DNA of 64,000 nt from an uncultured Selenomonadales bacterium (lineage in GTDB: Bacteria > Bacillota > Negativicutes > Selenomonadales > Selenomonadaceae). The translations under genes and the position numbers were made by a program. A model generated the notes under the pieces. It was not told where the DNA came from, searched no databases, and was given only the letters and a program-made list of their open reading frames with translations. The stretch covers positions 11,151 through 75,150 of the forward strand of contig CALFJB010000056.1 of the NCBI GenBank assembly GCA_937877565.1, written 5' to 3'. Each line of letters starts with the position of its first letter. The stretch's first letter is position 1. This document shows, one piece after another, positions 37,956 to 46,894 of the stretch.

Positions 37956-38145
37956 TAGGGACTAGGGACTAATCCTTAACCCCTAACACCTAATCCCTAA
38001 CCCCTAATCCCTAATCCTTAACCCCTAACCCCTAATCCTTAACCCCTAATCCTTAACCCCTAACCCCTAATCCTTAACCTCTAATCCTTAACCCCTAACC
38101 CCTAATCCTTAACCCCTAACCCCTAATCCTTAACCCCTATAACCT
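37956..38145. repeat. longest heptamer array (TAGGGAC x2, then about 24 units of CCTTAAC/CCCTAAC/CCCTAAT)
   Basis: Read directly; runs into the last codons (LGYRG stop) of the upstream gene; leader 37939-37953 precedes the sheath start. Confidence 0.9.
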
Positions 38146-38564
38146 AAGGGCGTCTGTATTCGGTACGTTAATAAAAATTGGCTGAAAATGAAATCGCTGT
38201 CATCCTTTTCAACCGTTGCAAATTCAACCGGCAAGTCTAAGGCTGCCGCGCCAACTAATTTGTTACGTAAAATCCATTCTCTAACTTGTTCAGCTAGATT
38301 TAAATTATCCTGCCACGCGGCGGAAGTTTCGGCGTACGTGCCTAAGCTCAATAAAACAAGCGCGGTTGAAATGTCCGCGCCGTCGGTAGTTGCCAAAAGT
38401 TCCACGCAAATTAACGGGTATGACGCCTCAATTTTATCTGCCGGTACTGTTTGTACGAAAGTTTGAACGTGATTCAAGCCCTCGTACTGCGCCGGGAATT
38501 TGAAATGTGCGGAGGCGTCGCGCAGTTTTTCAGCTAAATGTTCAATAAGTTTTAAAGGAGTCAA
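38130..38564 (-). CDS. neck/tail-terminator-like protein (lambda U position)
   Basis: 144 aa, positioned after the Z-like gene; called from position and size only. Confidence 0.4.
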   Translation of the reverse strand: MTPLKLIEHLAEKLRDASAHFKFPAQYEGLNHVQTFVQTVPADKIEASYPLICVELLATTDGADISTALVLLSLGTYAETSAAWQDNLNLAEQVREWILRNKLVGAAALDLPVEFATVEKDDSDFIFSQFLLTYRIQTPLGYRG

Positions 38565-39079
38565 AATATCGCCACGCTTTCAAGGTTAGCCGCCAAATGT
38601 TTATCAAAACGCTGCTGAATTTTCCCTAAAATCAGATTGGAAATAGGCGGCGGTTTTAACATACCGGGCGCGCTAACAGTTTTAAGATGTCGAATTGGTA
38701 GACGCCGCTTGCCAATTCTTTCAAAAACTGCGCCGTTGTAGATGAACGCACGGCTGATGAAACCGCCTTGCCCGCGAACGACTTGAGCGAAGATGCCGCG
38801 TTTAGGCGGACGCTTAAGACGTTTACGGGGATTGATTTTAAACTTTTCGAGGGGATTAGCCGCGCCTTTGGAGGAAAGTTCGCCGGTTAGACCGCTGACT
38901 TTAATTTTTAAAGGACGAGTGCCAACGCCGGGATTGGTATAACGTTGTTTGATGCCGCTGGACGCGTCGGTTTTCGTGTCTTTGAGAGTTTGGCGAATAG
39001 ATTTAGAGATGGCGCGGATAATTGCGTTGGAATTGGCGCGCAAAGTTGGGATTGAACGCGGCGAAATTTTAAGTTGCAT
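38561..39079 (-). CDS. lambda gpZ-like tail completion protein
   Basis: ..KINPRKRLKRPPKRG..VVRGQGGFISRAFI.NG.VFERIGKRRLPI..K parallels lambda Z (..RRRRKKGQRS..VVGNRRIPGAFIQQLKNGRWHVMQRVGKNRYPI). Confidence 0.55.
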   Translation of the reverse strand: MQLKISPRSIPTLRANSNAIIRAISKSIRQTLKDTKTDASSGIKQRYTNPGVGTRPLKIKVSGLTGELSSKGAANPLEKFKINPRKRLKRPPKRGIFAQVVRGQGGFISRAFIYNGAVFERIGKRRLPIRHLKTVSAPGMLKPPPISNLILGKIQQRFDKHLAANLESVAIF

Positions 39080-39101
39080 AAGAATTTCTCCTTCGTCGAA
39101 A

Positions 39102-39176
39102 TTAGCTGTTAGCTGTTAGCTGTTAGCTGTTAGGTATTAGGGATTAGGGAAGTGTAAAACCTAAAACCTAAACCCT
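39102..39176. repeat. heptamer hairpin array (TTAGCTG x4, TTAGGTA, TTAGGGA x2 arm; CCTAAAA arm)
   Basis: Read directly; overlaps the last codons (GFRF stop) of the 116-aa gene. Confidence 0.9.
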
Positions 39177-39511
39177 GAAGCCTGTTCGTCAACGGATAAA
39201 GTAAGCCGCGTAATACCTTGAGCTTCAACAGATTCTGAAATTCGGTATTTTTTGCCGTTGAGAATAACGCTGCCGCCTGCCTTGAAGTTGCCGCAGGATT
39301 TAAAGTAAATAGTTAAAAAATTGCCGTGCAAAATGTTAGCGTGGCGGGTACTGTCAAGTTGTTTTTTGACGGTGTAGCCGGTTTTACTTGCGCCGGTACT
39401 TCGTATTACGACGGCGGGAATATTTTTTTCGTTCAGCTCAACGACTTCAGCGAATTCATCTAAATTAATGAACGTTAAAAAATCTTCCTGTAAAATATCT
39501 TTGAAACTCAT
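39161..39511 (-). CDS. lambda FII-like head-tail joining protein
   Basis: 116 aa versus 117 aa for lambda FII, same gene position, similar hydrophobic pattern. Confidence 0.45.
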   Translation of the reverse strand: MSFKDILQEDFLTFINLDEFAEVVELNEKNIPAVVIRSTGASKTGYTVKKQLDSTRHANILHGNFLTIYFKSCGNFKAGGSVILNGKKYRISESVEAQGITRLTLSVDEQASGFRF

Positions 39512-39696
39512 TTTTTCTTGGTGTTAAGCGGCGGCAGGCTTGCAGGTGTTAATTCTTCTTCGCCACCACCACATAAAATATCGATATTGTTATATTTTTT
39601 AGCGATACCGGCTGATACTTCATCCATTTCAAAATCTGAACCGGCTTCGTAAATTTCGCCTTTGTACAAAATTTTCTTAAGGGCTCGAACTTTCAT
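39508..39696 (-). CDS. hypothetical small head protein (62 aa)
   Basis: Start ATG 39696 after AAAGGAGAATTTATA. The longer ORF-track start runs through a hairpin belonging to the neighbouring cassette. Confidence 0.5.
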   Translation of the reverse strand: MKVRALKKILYKGEIYEAGSDFEMDEVSAGIAKKYNNIDILCGGGEEELTPASLPPLNTKKK

Positions 39697-39825
39697 TATA
39701 AATTCTCCTTTAAAGAACGTGAAAATTCCGCTATAATGTCGGCAGATACATTGACAAAACGCGGAATTTTTACGCATTTATTTTAAGTTAAAATTCCCGC
39801 CTTGTCAAATTAGGAGGAATTTTTT

Positions 39826-40047
39826 ATGGGTAAATTTCAAGATTTAACTGGCAAAATTTTTGGCTTTTTGCTTGTGCTTGAATACGTCAGCAAGTTGGAA
39901 CATTTCGGCGAACAGGGATTTGTGAAAATAATAATGGAAATTATGAACCGGGTAATTTGCGTTGGGCAACTGCAACACAACAACGCCGCAATCAACGTCG
40001 TAATATTTTTGTTGAATACAAACGCGGCGACGATTTATTTAAACCTG
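39826..40047 (+). pseudogene. degenerate homing-endonuclease-like gene, copy 1 (internal deletion, frame disrupted)
   Basis: Starts FQDLTGKIFGFLLVLE like copy 2. Another frame reads NNGNYEPGNLRWAT..QQRRNQR. The Cys-rich middle is missing. It is antisense to the late operon. Confidence 0.5.
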
Positions 40048-41103
40048 TTAAACCGTCTTGATACAATACCAAGACGCCACATCTGCCGGAACTAAAATAT
40101 ATTTTGAATAAACCGTCAACGCAGTAGTTTGAGCCGTGTCATCACTCGTATATAGTGGAACGTAAGCCGCGTTAATTGTATGCCAACCATTTTGGAAAAT
40201 ACTAACCGGCGTGTGTACTTCCCTGCCGCCGCCCGTAATTCCCAAAATTACGTTATCCGGCTCTACAAAATATTTTGTGGTTCCATCTTCAGCTGTGTAA
40301 GTTTGTGAATACGAAACTAAATCCAAATTAAGTGCGCTGATTCTGCCGATATATCTGCATTCCGCGCTTGTCCAATGTGGCGCAAAATTCGCCATAAGCA
40401 AATTCTCTCTTGAAGGCACCATCAGCCAATTTTTTATTTCAGTATTTTGAATAAGATATTTTTCAACATTTTTGCCTAAAATCGCAACTGTCGGAATTTC
40501 GCCAATGTCTCCCTGAATTTGTTCACTCACGGTTTTTAAATCTTCATAAATAGTTGCGTTGGCGTTATTCCACGTAACGGCGGGCGTTATTAAATTGCTG
40601 AAAGAAAAATCTATTTCATCAGTTTCTGCAACTTTTCCATCGTCGGCATAGGCTTTCACTGTGAGTTTTCCAGTCTGCAAAATTTCACTTGCCATTTGAT
40701 TTTTTCTATTGGCGTGAAGGCGCAATAAATCTGTTAAATCTTGTGCCTGAAGACGAGCCGCCCGCTCTTCAGGTGTTGGTGCGCCGTACAAATTCGGCAT
40801 TTCGCCAAATTGCCTTAAAGCCAAATCGCCTGCAGAAATTACACGGCGTGGACCAAAAAGCAACGGCGAATAATATTTTATTTCTGATTTTTCACGTGAT
40901 ACATTTACACCGCGTGTATTCTTCGTGATGAACGGCGCAAGGCGTCTGCCCAATTTCTGTGTTTCGACCGCTACATAATCGGCTTGCGTCTGCATCACGT
41001 TAGGAAAAAATGTATCTGCCAAAAAACTTACAGGGGCTTTGACTTGTTGCACCGCCTGTATCAATTCGTACGTATGTTCAAGAGAAAATATATCTAACGG
41101 CAT
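40048..41103 (-). CDS. major capsid protein, lambda gpE-like
   Basis: 351 aa, follows the decoration gene. N-terminus MPLDIFSLEHTYELIQAV..FLADTFFPN and overall pattern resemble the Phage_cap_E family. Confidence 0.75.
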   Translation of the reverse strand: MPLDIFSLEHTYELIQAVQQVKAPVSFLADTFFPNVMQTQADYVAVETQKLGRRLAPFITKNTRGVNVSREKSEIKYYSPLLFGPRRVISAGDLALRQFGEMPNLYGAPTPEERAARLQAQDLTDLLRLHANRKNQMASEILQTGKLTVKAYADDGKVAETDEIDFSFSNLITPAVTWNNANATIYEDLKTVSEQIQGDIGEIPTVAILGKNVEKYLIQNTEIKNWLMVPSRENLLMANFAPHWTSAECRYIGRISALNLDLVSYSQTYTAEDGTTKYFVEPDNVILGITGGGREVHTPVSIFQNGWHTINAAYVPLYTSDDTAQTTALTVYSKYILVPADVASWYCIKTV

Positions 41104-41106
41104 TGC

Positions 41107-41481
41107 TTACACCTCCCTCAAGCCGGTTAAGAAAATGTTTTGTTGGCGCAATGAAAATTCCAGTGCATCTACTACCGTTGTACCGGTTGAACCGGTTACC
41201 AATCTTTCACGGTTGAAAACGCCCGAAGTATACGCCGTTGTTATTTTACAATCGCTGTCTGCCGTGAAGTTGTCCCGCGCCACTACCAAAAATTTTGCAG
41301 TGTCCGCCGCCGTCGCCGTTTGATATACTCCTGTAGGCGTTGACGCCGCCAACAATTCCCCGCGCTTTACTTCCGCGTTACTTCCTACCTCTATATTTCG
41401 CGTTATTATAGGCTCGTACGTATCGCCTATCAATTCATCCGGATTAAAGCCCTTAAATTCCCCGCAATATTTATCGGACAT
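41107..41481 (-). CDS. head decoration protein, lambda gpD-like
   Basis: 124 aa immediately upstream of the capsid gene; ..VKRGELLA....G.....TA.DTAKFLVVARD pattern. Confidence 0.55.
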   Translation of the reverse strand: MSDKYCGEFKGFNPDELIGDTYEPIITRNIEVGSNAEVKRGELLAASTPTGVYQTATAADTAKFLVVARDNFTADSDCKITTAYTSGVFNRERLVTGSTGTTVVDALEFSLRQQNIFLTGLREV

Positions 41482-42313
41482 TGCCTGCCCCTCCTATCAT
41501 TTCATTTGCATATTTGGCGATTAATTCCGCCTGCGAAATTTTTTCCTCCGGCGTCGAAGTATTTACCTCCTCCGCGCCGCTTTTCATATTGTCTTCCAAC
41601 ATTTTTGAAAAGGCAGTTTCGCCCTTCATAGTTTTATTTTTCTGCGCAGACTTTACCGCGTCAATATATTTTTGAACGGTTGAAAGTTCCGCCCCTTCGG
41701 CTATCGCCACGTCGATTAGCGCGTTCACTTCCAAGCTTTCACTTTTCAACGCCGTTAATTCGCTCACGCGCTTTCTTTCAGCCGCCAATACCGAATTTTT
41801 ATATTTGTTCATTAATTCTTTGCCTTCTGCCGACATTTCTACCTCTCCTAAATTTTCATCAATTTTATCAATAAGTCCAAGCTCCAGCGCGTCTTCCGCC
41901 GTCATCCACGTTTCCGCGTCCATCATTTCTGATATTTCTGCGCGACTCAACTTCAACTTCGTCGAATATATATCTAAAATCGATTCTTTGATTAAGTCCA
42001 GCGAATTTTTCAGCTTGTCCAATTCCTCCGCCGTGTAAAAGTCAAATAAAATTACGCCGGGATTATGGATCATAAAAATTGAACCGGTTGACGCCGTGAC
42101 TTCCCCCGCGCACAAAATTAACGTCGCCGCGCTTGCACATAATCCATCTACCACGATTGACGCGCCTTTATTCTTCAAAAGATTGTACATTGACAGCGCA
42201 GAAAAGATGTTCCCGCCCGCGCTGTTCACGTGTATTTCTAATTCGTCGCCGCTTAGATATTCCGCCAACTGCTGCAACGTCTCATTTGTTATTTCATCAT
42301 ATATGTAAAACAT
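41471..42313 (-). CDS. ClpP/S49-type head maturation protease fused to a scaffold-like C-terminus
   Basis: IHVNSAGGNIFSALSMYNLLK..GLCASAATLI..IHNP protease core, then a coiled-coil tail. Confidence 0.75.
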   Translation of the reverse strand: MFYIYDEITNETLQQLAEYLSGDELEIHVNSAGGNIFSALSMYNLLKNKGASIVVDGLCASAATLILCAGEVTASTGSIFMIHNPGVILFDFYTAEELDKLKNSLDLIKESILDIYSTKLKLSRAEISEMMDAETWMTAEDALELGLIDKIDENLGEVEMSAEGKELMNKYKNSVLAAERKRVSELTALKSESLEVNALIDVAIAEGAELSTVQKYIDAVKSAQKNKTMKGETAFSKMLEDNMKSGAEEVNTSTPEEKISQAELIAKYANEMIGGAGNVR

Positions 42314-42535
42314 ATTTCACCTCAATTTAAAAAGCCCTGCAACTGCAGAGCCGTTATTTTTCTTAGAAAAGTTTTTCGCCTAAAATCTTTTCGGCGTCTT
42401 CATCCATTTCAAACGGCGTTTCAATTTCCGGCTGTCCAAAATAACTGTTTTCAAGTACGCTGAAAACGTCCCACGCCTTCGCGCCGCGCCCTGCAAAGTC
42501 CAAATGTCATATCTTTCAGCATTTTTACCAATTCC

Positions 42536-44002
42536 TTAATCGCTGTAAGGCGGGTTGTCAAACTTTTTTTGAAAAAGTTCATTTTCCATTTTCAACTGCT
42601 CGGCAACTTGCCAAAAGTCGTTGCCAATGCGTGTTGCTTCAATTTCTCGCGTTGAAATTCCCGTTTCAATCCTAAGTTTAGCGGCTGAAATTTCCTTTAA
42701 TGGATCAATCGCAGGGCTTACTTCAACGCGCCAATCTGCCGTGCTCCAACAATTTTTAATGAAAGGATTGTCGAAAAAGCCCGGCGCGTCGATTATTCCG
42801 CGTGCAATATTTTCTAGTAACCAACTTTCGTAAATCGGCTGGCAAAAATCATTTACAAAAGATGTACGACGGTTTTTAAATTCTCTATCGGCTTCGATTA
42901 ACGCCGCTCGCGAAGCGGAAAAACTGCTTTGAAAATTTGCCATTAAAACTTCAAACGGGATTCTCAAGGCACTGCCAATAATTTTAATGAAAAAATCAAC
43001 GTACGGCGCAAAATTACTTTGACTGTTGCCGCTTTCAACGCTTTTAACGTCAACGCCGACCGGCAACCTGTTAAGCGTTCCCGCGCCCAATTTGTATTCC
43101 TTCAAGTCAAATTCTTCCTGCGGTAAAATCTGATTCAAATTAAAATCGGTGTTCGACTGTACAAAGAAAAGTGCGAAGAAACTTTTGATAATCGACGCCG
43201 TCAACTCCGCGTCAGAATAGCGCGCAACCTGTTTCAAACTTTCGATGACGGGAGCTAAAAGCGGCGCGCCTCTGAACATATCCGGGCGCGTGTCGTAGCA
43301 GATGTGCAAGACATTTCTAAATCCATTTTCGCCGAACATTTTCACGCGTTGCCATTTTAATTCCGGCGTTCCCGTAAATGGCTCGTTCCAAATTTTATTT
43401 GAAATGTGAATCGCCGTTAATCTGCCGCTGCCGTCAACTTCAACGCCGTTTACTATTCGCCCGTTGCCTTTTAACATTTCCACCGAATTTATCAACGCGC
43501 CGTTCGTCAAGGGGTTTGAAACTCTCTGCGCCTCAATCAGTTGCAATTTCAACGTATACGCTGAATCTTTTCTACGTTTGAAAAGGCAGAAGCAGTCGCC
43601 GTCCGCCAAATACGATATGAACGCTATTCTCTGCAATTCAAAAAAATTGTTCCGCCGGTTGAAGTCGCAGTCCAAACTATTTGCCCACTGATTGAATAGC
43701 GTTTGAGTCCTGCGCGACCATTCACGCACTGCATCTGCTGACATTTTCAACGCTTTAAAATCCGGCGTCGGAAATATTTTCAAGCCAGTTGAAATTGTAC
43801 CGTTCAGCATCGTATTTATCGCCGCCGCGCCTATCGGTGAATTTATCGCCAAGTCGAAGGAGCGGTTACGTAAAATATTTAAATTCGTGTCAAGGTCTGA
43901 AACTGCCGAATAATGGCGCGGCGTCCATTCCTTCAGCGTATTTTTACTTGGACTTGCCCCGCCGCTGCTGTAACCGCTATTTTTATATTTATGTTTTTTC
44001 AT
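42536..44002 (-). CDS. portal protein, lambda gpB family
   Basis: 488 aa between the W-like and protease genes; conserved portal-like core. Confidence 0.8.
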   Translation of the reverse strand: MKKHKYKNSGYSSGGASPSKNTLKEWTPRHYSAVSDLDTNLNILRNRSFDLAINSPIGAAAINTMLNGTISTGLKIFPTPDFKALKMSADAVREWSRRTQTLFNQWANSLDCDFNRRNNFFELQRIAFISYLADGDCFCLFKRRKDSAYTLKLQLIEAQRVSNPLTNGALINSVEMLKGNGRIVNGVEVDGSGRLTAIHISNKIWNEPFTGTPELKWQRVKMFGENGFRNVLHICYDTRPDMFRGAPLLAPVIESLKQVARYSDAELTASIIKSFFALFFVQSNTDFNLNQILPQEEFDLKEYKLGAGTLNRLPVGVDVKSVESGNSQSNFAPYVDFFIKIIGSALRIPFEVLMANFQSSFSASRAALIEADREFKNRRTSFVNDFCQPIYESWLLENIARGIIDAPGFFDNPFIKNCWSTADWRVEVSPAIDPLKEISAAKLRIETGISTREIEATRIGNDFWQVAEQLKMENELFQKKFDNPPYSD

Positions 44003-44159
44003 TTTTCATCAATTCACTAAAAATTATCAGATTTAAAACCTGCACTGATTGAATTTCAAAAAATATTGCTGAAATTTCGTTCCCGCTAAAATAATTCCAC
44101 CCGTTTAATATCATCGTCAACACATTTAATATGAATATTATCAAAAAAAATTGGTTCAT
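43989..44159 (-). CDS. possible 56-aa hydrophobic protein (below ORF-track cutoff)
   Basis: ATG 44159 overlaps the gpW stop as ATGA, and the stop overlaps the portal start region. Sequence: MNQFFLIIFILNVLTMILNGWNYF... Confidence 0.35.
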   Translation of the reverse strand: MNQFFLIIFILNVLTMILNGWNYFSGNEISAIFFEIQSVQVLNLIIFSELMKNEKT

Positions 44160-44365
44160 TCTATAAATACAACTCTTTTCCTATTGCCATTTGATGGGTC
44201 GTCTGAATTAAGCTGCGCGAGTAAATCACTGATTTCAGCTTGTACTTCTTTTAAATTCGCCCGCGTGAGCTGTCTGTCACCGATGACATAACTTTGGCTC
44301 TGTAAAATGGCGCGTTCTGCCTCAAGATAAGCGGCTAGCCGCGCTTTTAAAATTTCTTTGTTCAT
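44156..44365 (-). CDS. head-tail joining protein, lambda gpW-like
   Basis: 69 aa from ATG 44365 (after AAAGGAGAATT); lies between the terminase and portal genes as in lambda. Confidence 0.5.
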   Translation of the reverse strand: MNKEILKARLAAYLEAERAILQSQSYVIGDRQLTRANLKEVQAEISDLLAQLNSDDPSNGNRKRVVFIE

Positions 44366-44483
44366 AATTCTCCTTTTCAAACGCCGAAAATCCCGTTATA
44401 ATTGCCTTGAGTACGACAATAAGCGGGATTTTTTACTTTATTTATTTTAGTTGAAAATTCCCGCCTAAGGCAGATGAAATTTT

Positions 44484-44970
44484 ATGAGTGTTTGGAATTT
44501 CAAAGATTTAACAGGTATGACTTTCGGACGCCTTACGGTTATTGAACGTGCCAAAAACGCTAATGACGGTCACGCCCGTTGGTTGTGCCGTTGCAGTTGC
44601 GGTAATTTGTGCATTGTTCTTGGCAAACATTTAATAAGTGGTAAAATTCAATCCTGCGGTTGTTTAGGGCGTGAGAAAAGCCAACACAAAACATTCAATG
44701 GCTTATACAAAAGTTTATCGCACTTGTCAAAGGCAGATGCTTTAGTTTTATGATTACGTTTCAACGCTTGAACATTTCGAAGAAAAAGGTTCCGCGAAAA
44801 TAATAACGGCAATTATGAACCGGGTAATTTAAAATGGTCAACGCAAGCTGAACAAAACCGCACTGAACCTCCCAATATCAAAGTAAATTACAACGGCGTT
44901 GAAATGTGTTTAATGGACGCCGCCGAAAAATCCGGCACACTTTACGCCAAAGATACCGCGTAGGCGATAG
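44484..44970 (+). pseudogene. degenerate homing-endonuclease-like gene, copy 2 (frameshifted)
   Basis: FKDLTGMTFGRLTVIERAKNANDGHARWLCRCSCGN..SGKIQSCGCLGREKS. The frame then breaks, and later frames read NNGNYEPGNLKWSTQAEQNR and VNYNGVEMCLMDAAEKSG. Confidence 0.55.
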
Positions 44971-45016
44971 AGGCGAACGTCTTTTCAGACCTGCAAAAAA
45001 ATATAATAAACAATAA

Positions 45017-46894
45017 CTAACCAAAAATATCAATTTCTCGACTAATAATTTTTTTATTGGTCGTTTTTTTATTTTCAACAACGCCTTCGCGCAGGGCTGC
45101 CGCTTGCATTTTCCAAAATTCAGCCGGTTCCAAATTGCCAATACAAGACTTCATCGCCGCTAAATTGTAGTTTCTTATATCCAAACTTTCATTCCGCGAC
45201 TTCGGGTTTATTTTCTCCCACGTCATATTTATCACGCCGCCACTTTTACGCGCCGTCAATCTTTCCGCTATTAATTCCTTAAAATATATTTCATCATAGC
45301 CGCGCTCCAGTTCATCATCTACCGGGAAATGAAAACTTTTCGCCCCGGGCGGCTCTATCGCTAACCTGCTAAATATTTCTGCCTTCCCGGTATCTACGCC
45401 CAATATTACCAAGATAATATTCGCATTCTTCGGCTTGCCAAATTGATATAAAAGCGGCAAACCTGCGCCACCTTTGCCTTTTATCGCAAACACGCCTTTC
45501 ACTTGCCGCGTACTGCAATATTTATATACTTCGTCCGTTGAAAAGCCTGAATCAATAAAAGTCCGCGCAACTTTTAAAGTTTTACCGTTTGAAAAGTGAT
45601 ATTCCCTATCTAAAATTTTATCTAATTCAAGCCACGTACTTTGCTTAGTCGGACTGCCCCAATTTGTCCCGCGTAAAATTCCATAACAACTTTCATCAGA
45701 CGACCAACCGCATATTTCAATTTCAAGGCGATTAGCTTGCACGTCAACGCCCGCCGTCAAAAGTAATACTTCCTCCGGCAATTCCGCCAAATATTTCTCA
45801 CGCCTCTGCAAAAATATATTCTCGTCTTGAAATTCTCCGCGTACTTGATAACTTACGCCAAACCGCGTATTAAATACCACGCGCTCACGTGTCTCGTCGC
45901 CTTTCGCCTCCAAATATTCCTGCATTATCTGCCGCCAACTCAAAAACGTTGAACTAAATCCATTTACCCAAAAACTGCGCACGCCATTTTTTAAAGCGTC
46001 CAAATTCTCCGCCACGTACTTTTGCGCCGCGTTTTTCATAGTTAATTCACTAAATTCAAAGCTACAATCAGGACACCTCCAATTTACTGAATTAACTGTG
46101 ATTGTTCGATTCTTCAACTCATCTACCTTTTCCGTAAAATCTACCTTCATATCCCGATAATCCAGCCAGTGATATTCCCCGCAATTCGGACATTGATGCA
46201 GCCACTTTTCTTGCGTCCCTAGCAAATATTCCTTGTCTATCCTTGAATAACCTTCAACTGTTGGCGTCGAAAATAGCGCAGTCTTCCGATTAAAATACGT
46301 CGTCTGCCGCTTTTCTGCTAGTGAAATTGGGTCACCTTCCTCACTTGCTGACGCCGGGTATCTGTCGCACTCGTCACATAATAATATACGTATTGGCTTT
46401 GACGCTAACCCTGCAGGCGAATTCGCTCCTACTAATACTATTCTGCCGCCGCGATACATTTTTGAAAGTATCGTCTGATTTGAATTGCGCGTCTTGTTTA
46501 AATCGTAAAATAGCGGCGTCAATACCGCGCTGTCTTTTATCATTCGCTCCAACCGGTCTTTGGAAAAATCCTGCGCCGTCTCCAACGTCGGCTGCACTAT
46601 CATCAAGTTGCACGGGTCTAAATGTGCGAACCGTCCAATTATTGCTAACAGTAATTGACTTTTGCCGGACTGTGAACTGGATTTAAACACGATTTTTTGC
46701 ACTTCGTCATCTGTGAACGCGTTCATTATTTCCTTTACATACGGCGTCCTTGAAGTTTTGTACCTGCCCGGTTCCGCCGCCGTACTCGGCAAGTATAAAT
46801 ATTTATCCGCCCATTCTGAAACTGTCATTCGCGGTACCGGGCGTAAACTTTTCGCCAACATATTTTTCAGTGCCGTTATCGTTTTCATTTTCAT
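45017..46894 (-). CDS. terminase large subunit, lambda gpA family
   Basis: 625 aa; N-terminus ..LRPVPRMTVSEWADKYLYLP parallels lambda A (..PQTAVEWADANYYLP); Walker A-like SSSQSGKSQ. Confidence 0.9.
   Translation of the reverse strand: MKMKTITALKNMLAKSLRPVPRMTVSEWADKYLYLPSTAAEPGRYKTSRTPYVKEIMNAFTDDEVQKIVFKSSSQSGKSQLLLAIIGRFAHLDPCNLMIVQPTLETAQDFSKDRLERMIKDSAVLTPLFYDLNKTRNSNQTILSKMYRGGRIVLVGANSPAGLASKPIRILLCDECDRYPASASEEGDPISLAEKRQTTYFNRKTALFSTPTVEGYSRIDKEYLLGTQEKWLHQCPNCGEYHWLDYRDMKVDFTEKVDELKNRTITVNSVNWRCPDCSFEFSELTMKNAAQKYVAENLDALKNGVRSFWVNGFSSTFLSWRQIMQEYLEAKGDETRERVVFNTRFGVSYQVRGEFQDENIFLQRREKYLAELPEEVLLLTAGVDVQANRLEIEICGWSSDESCYGILRGTNWGSPTKQSTWLELDKILDREYHFSNGKTLKVARTFIDSGFSTDEVYKYCSTRQVKGVFAIKGKGGAGLPLLYQFGKPKNANIILVILGVDTGKAEIFSRLAIEPPGAKSFHFPVDDELERGYDEIYFKELIAERLTARKSGGVINMTWEKINPKSRNESLDIRNYNLAAMKSCIGNLEPAEFWKMQAAALREGVVENKKTTNKKIISREIDIFG

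Noticed and set aside
37956-38145. TTAGGG-type repeats as telomeres of a linear replicon or prophage end
   Set aside because: The arrays are internal and flanked on both sides by co-oriented genes of the same operon. They occur at a dozen sites, including inside the atp operon.
42314-42535. Possible 47-codon TTG-initiated ORF between the portal and protease genes
   Set aside because: It has no convincing RBS, a non-ATG start and no recognisable features. The spacer may simply be untranslated.
46803-46894. 92-nt overlap of the small and large terminase ORFs as a programmed frameshift
   Set aside because: No slippery heptamer was seen. The large-subunit N-terminus aligns with lambda gpA from its first Met, so a simple overlap or a slightly shorter small subunit is sufficient.
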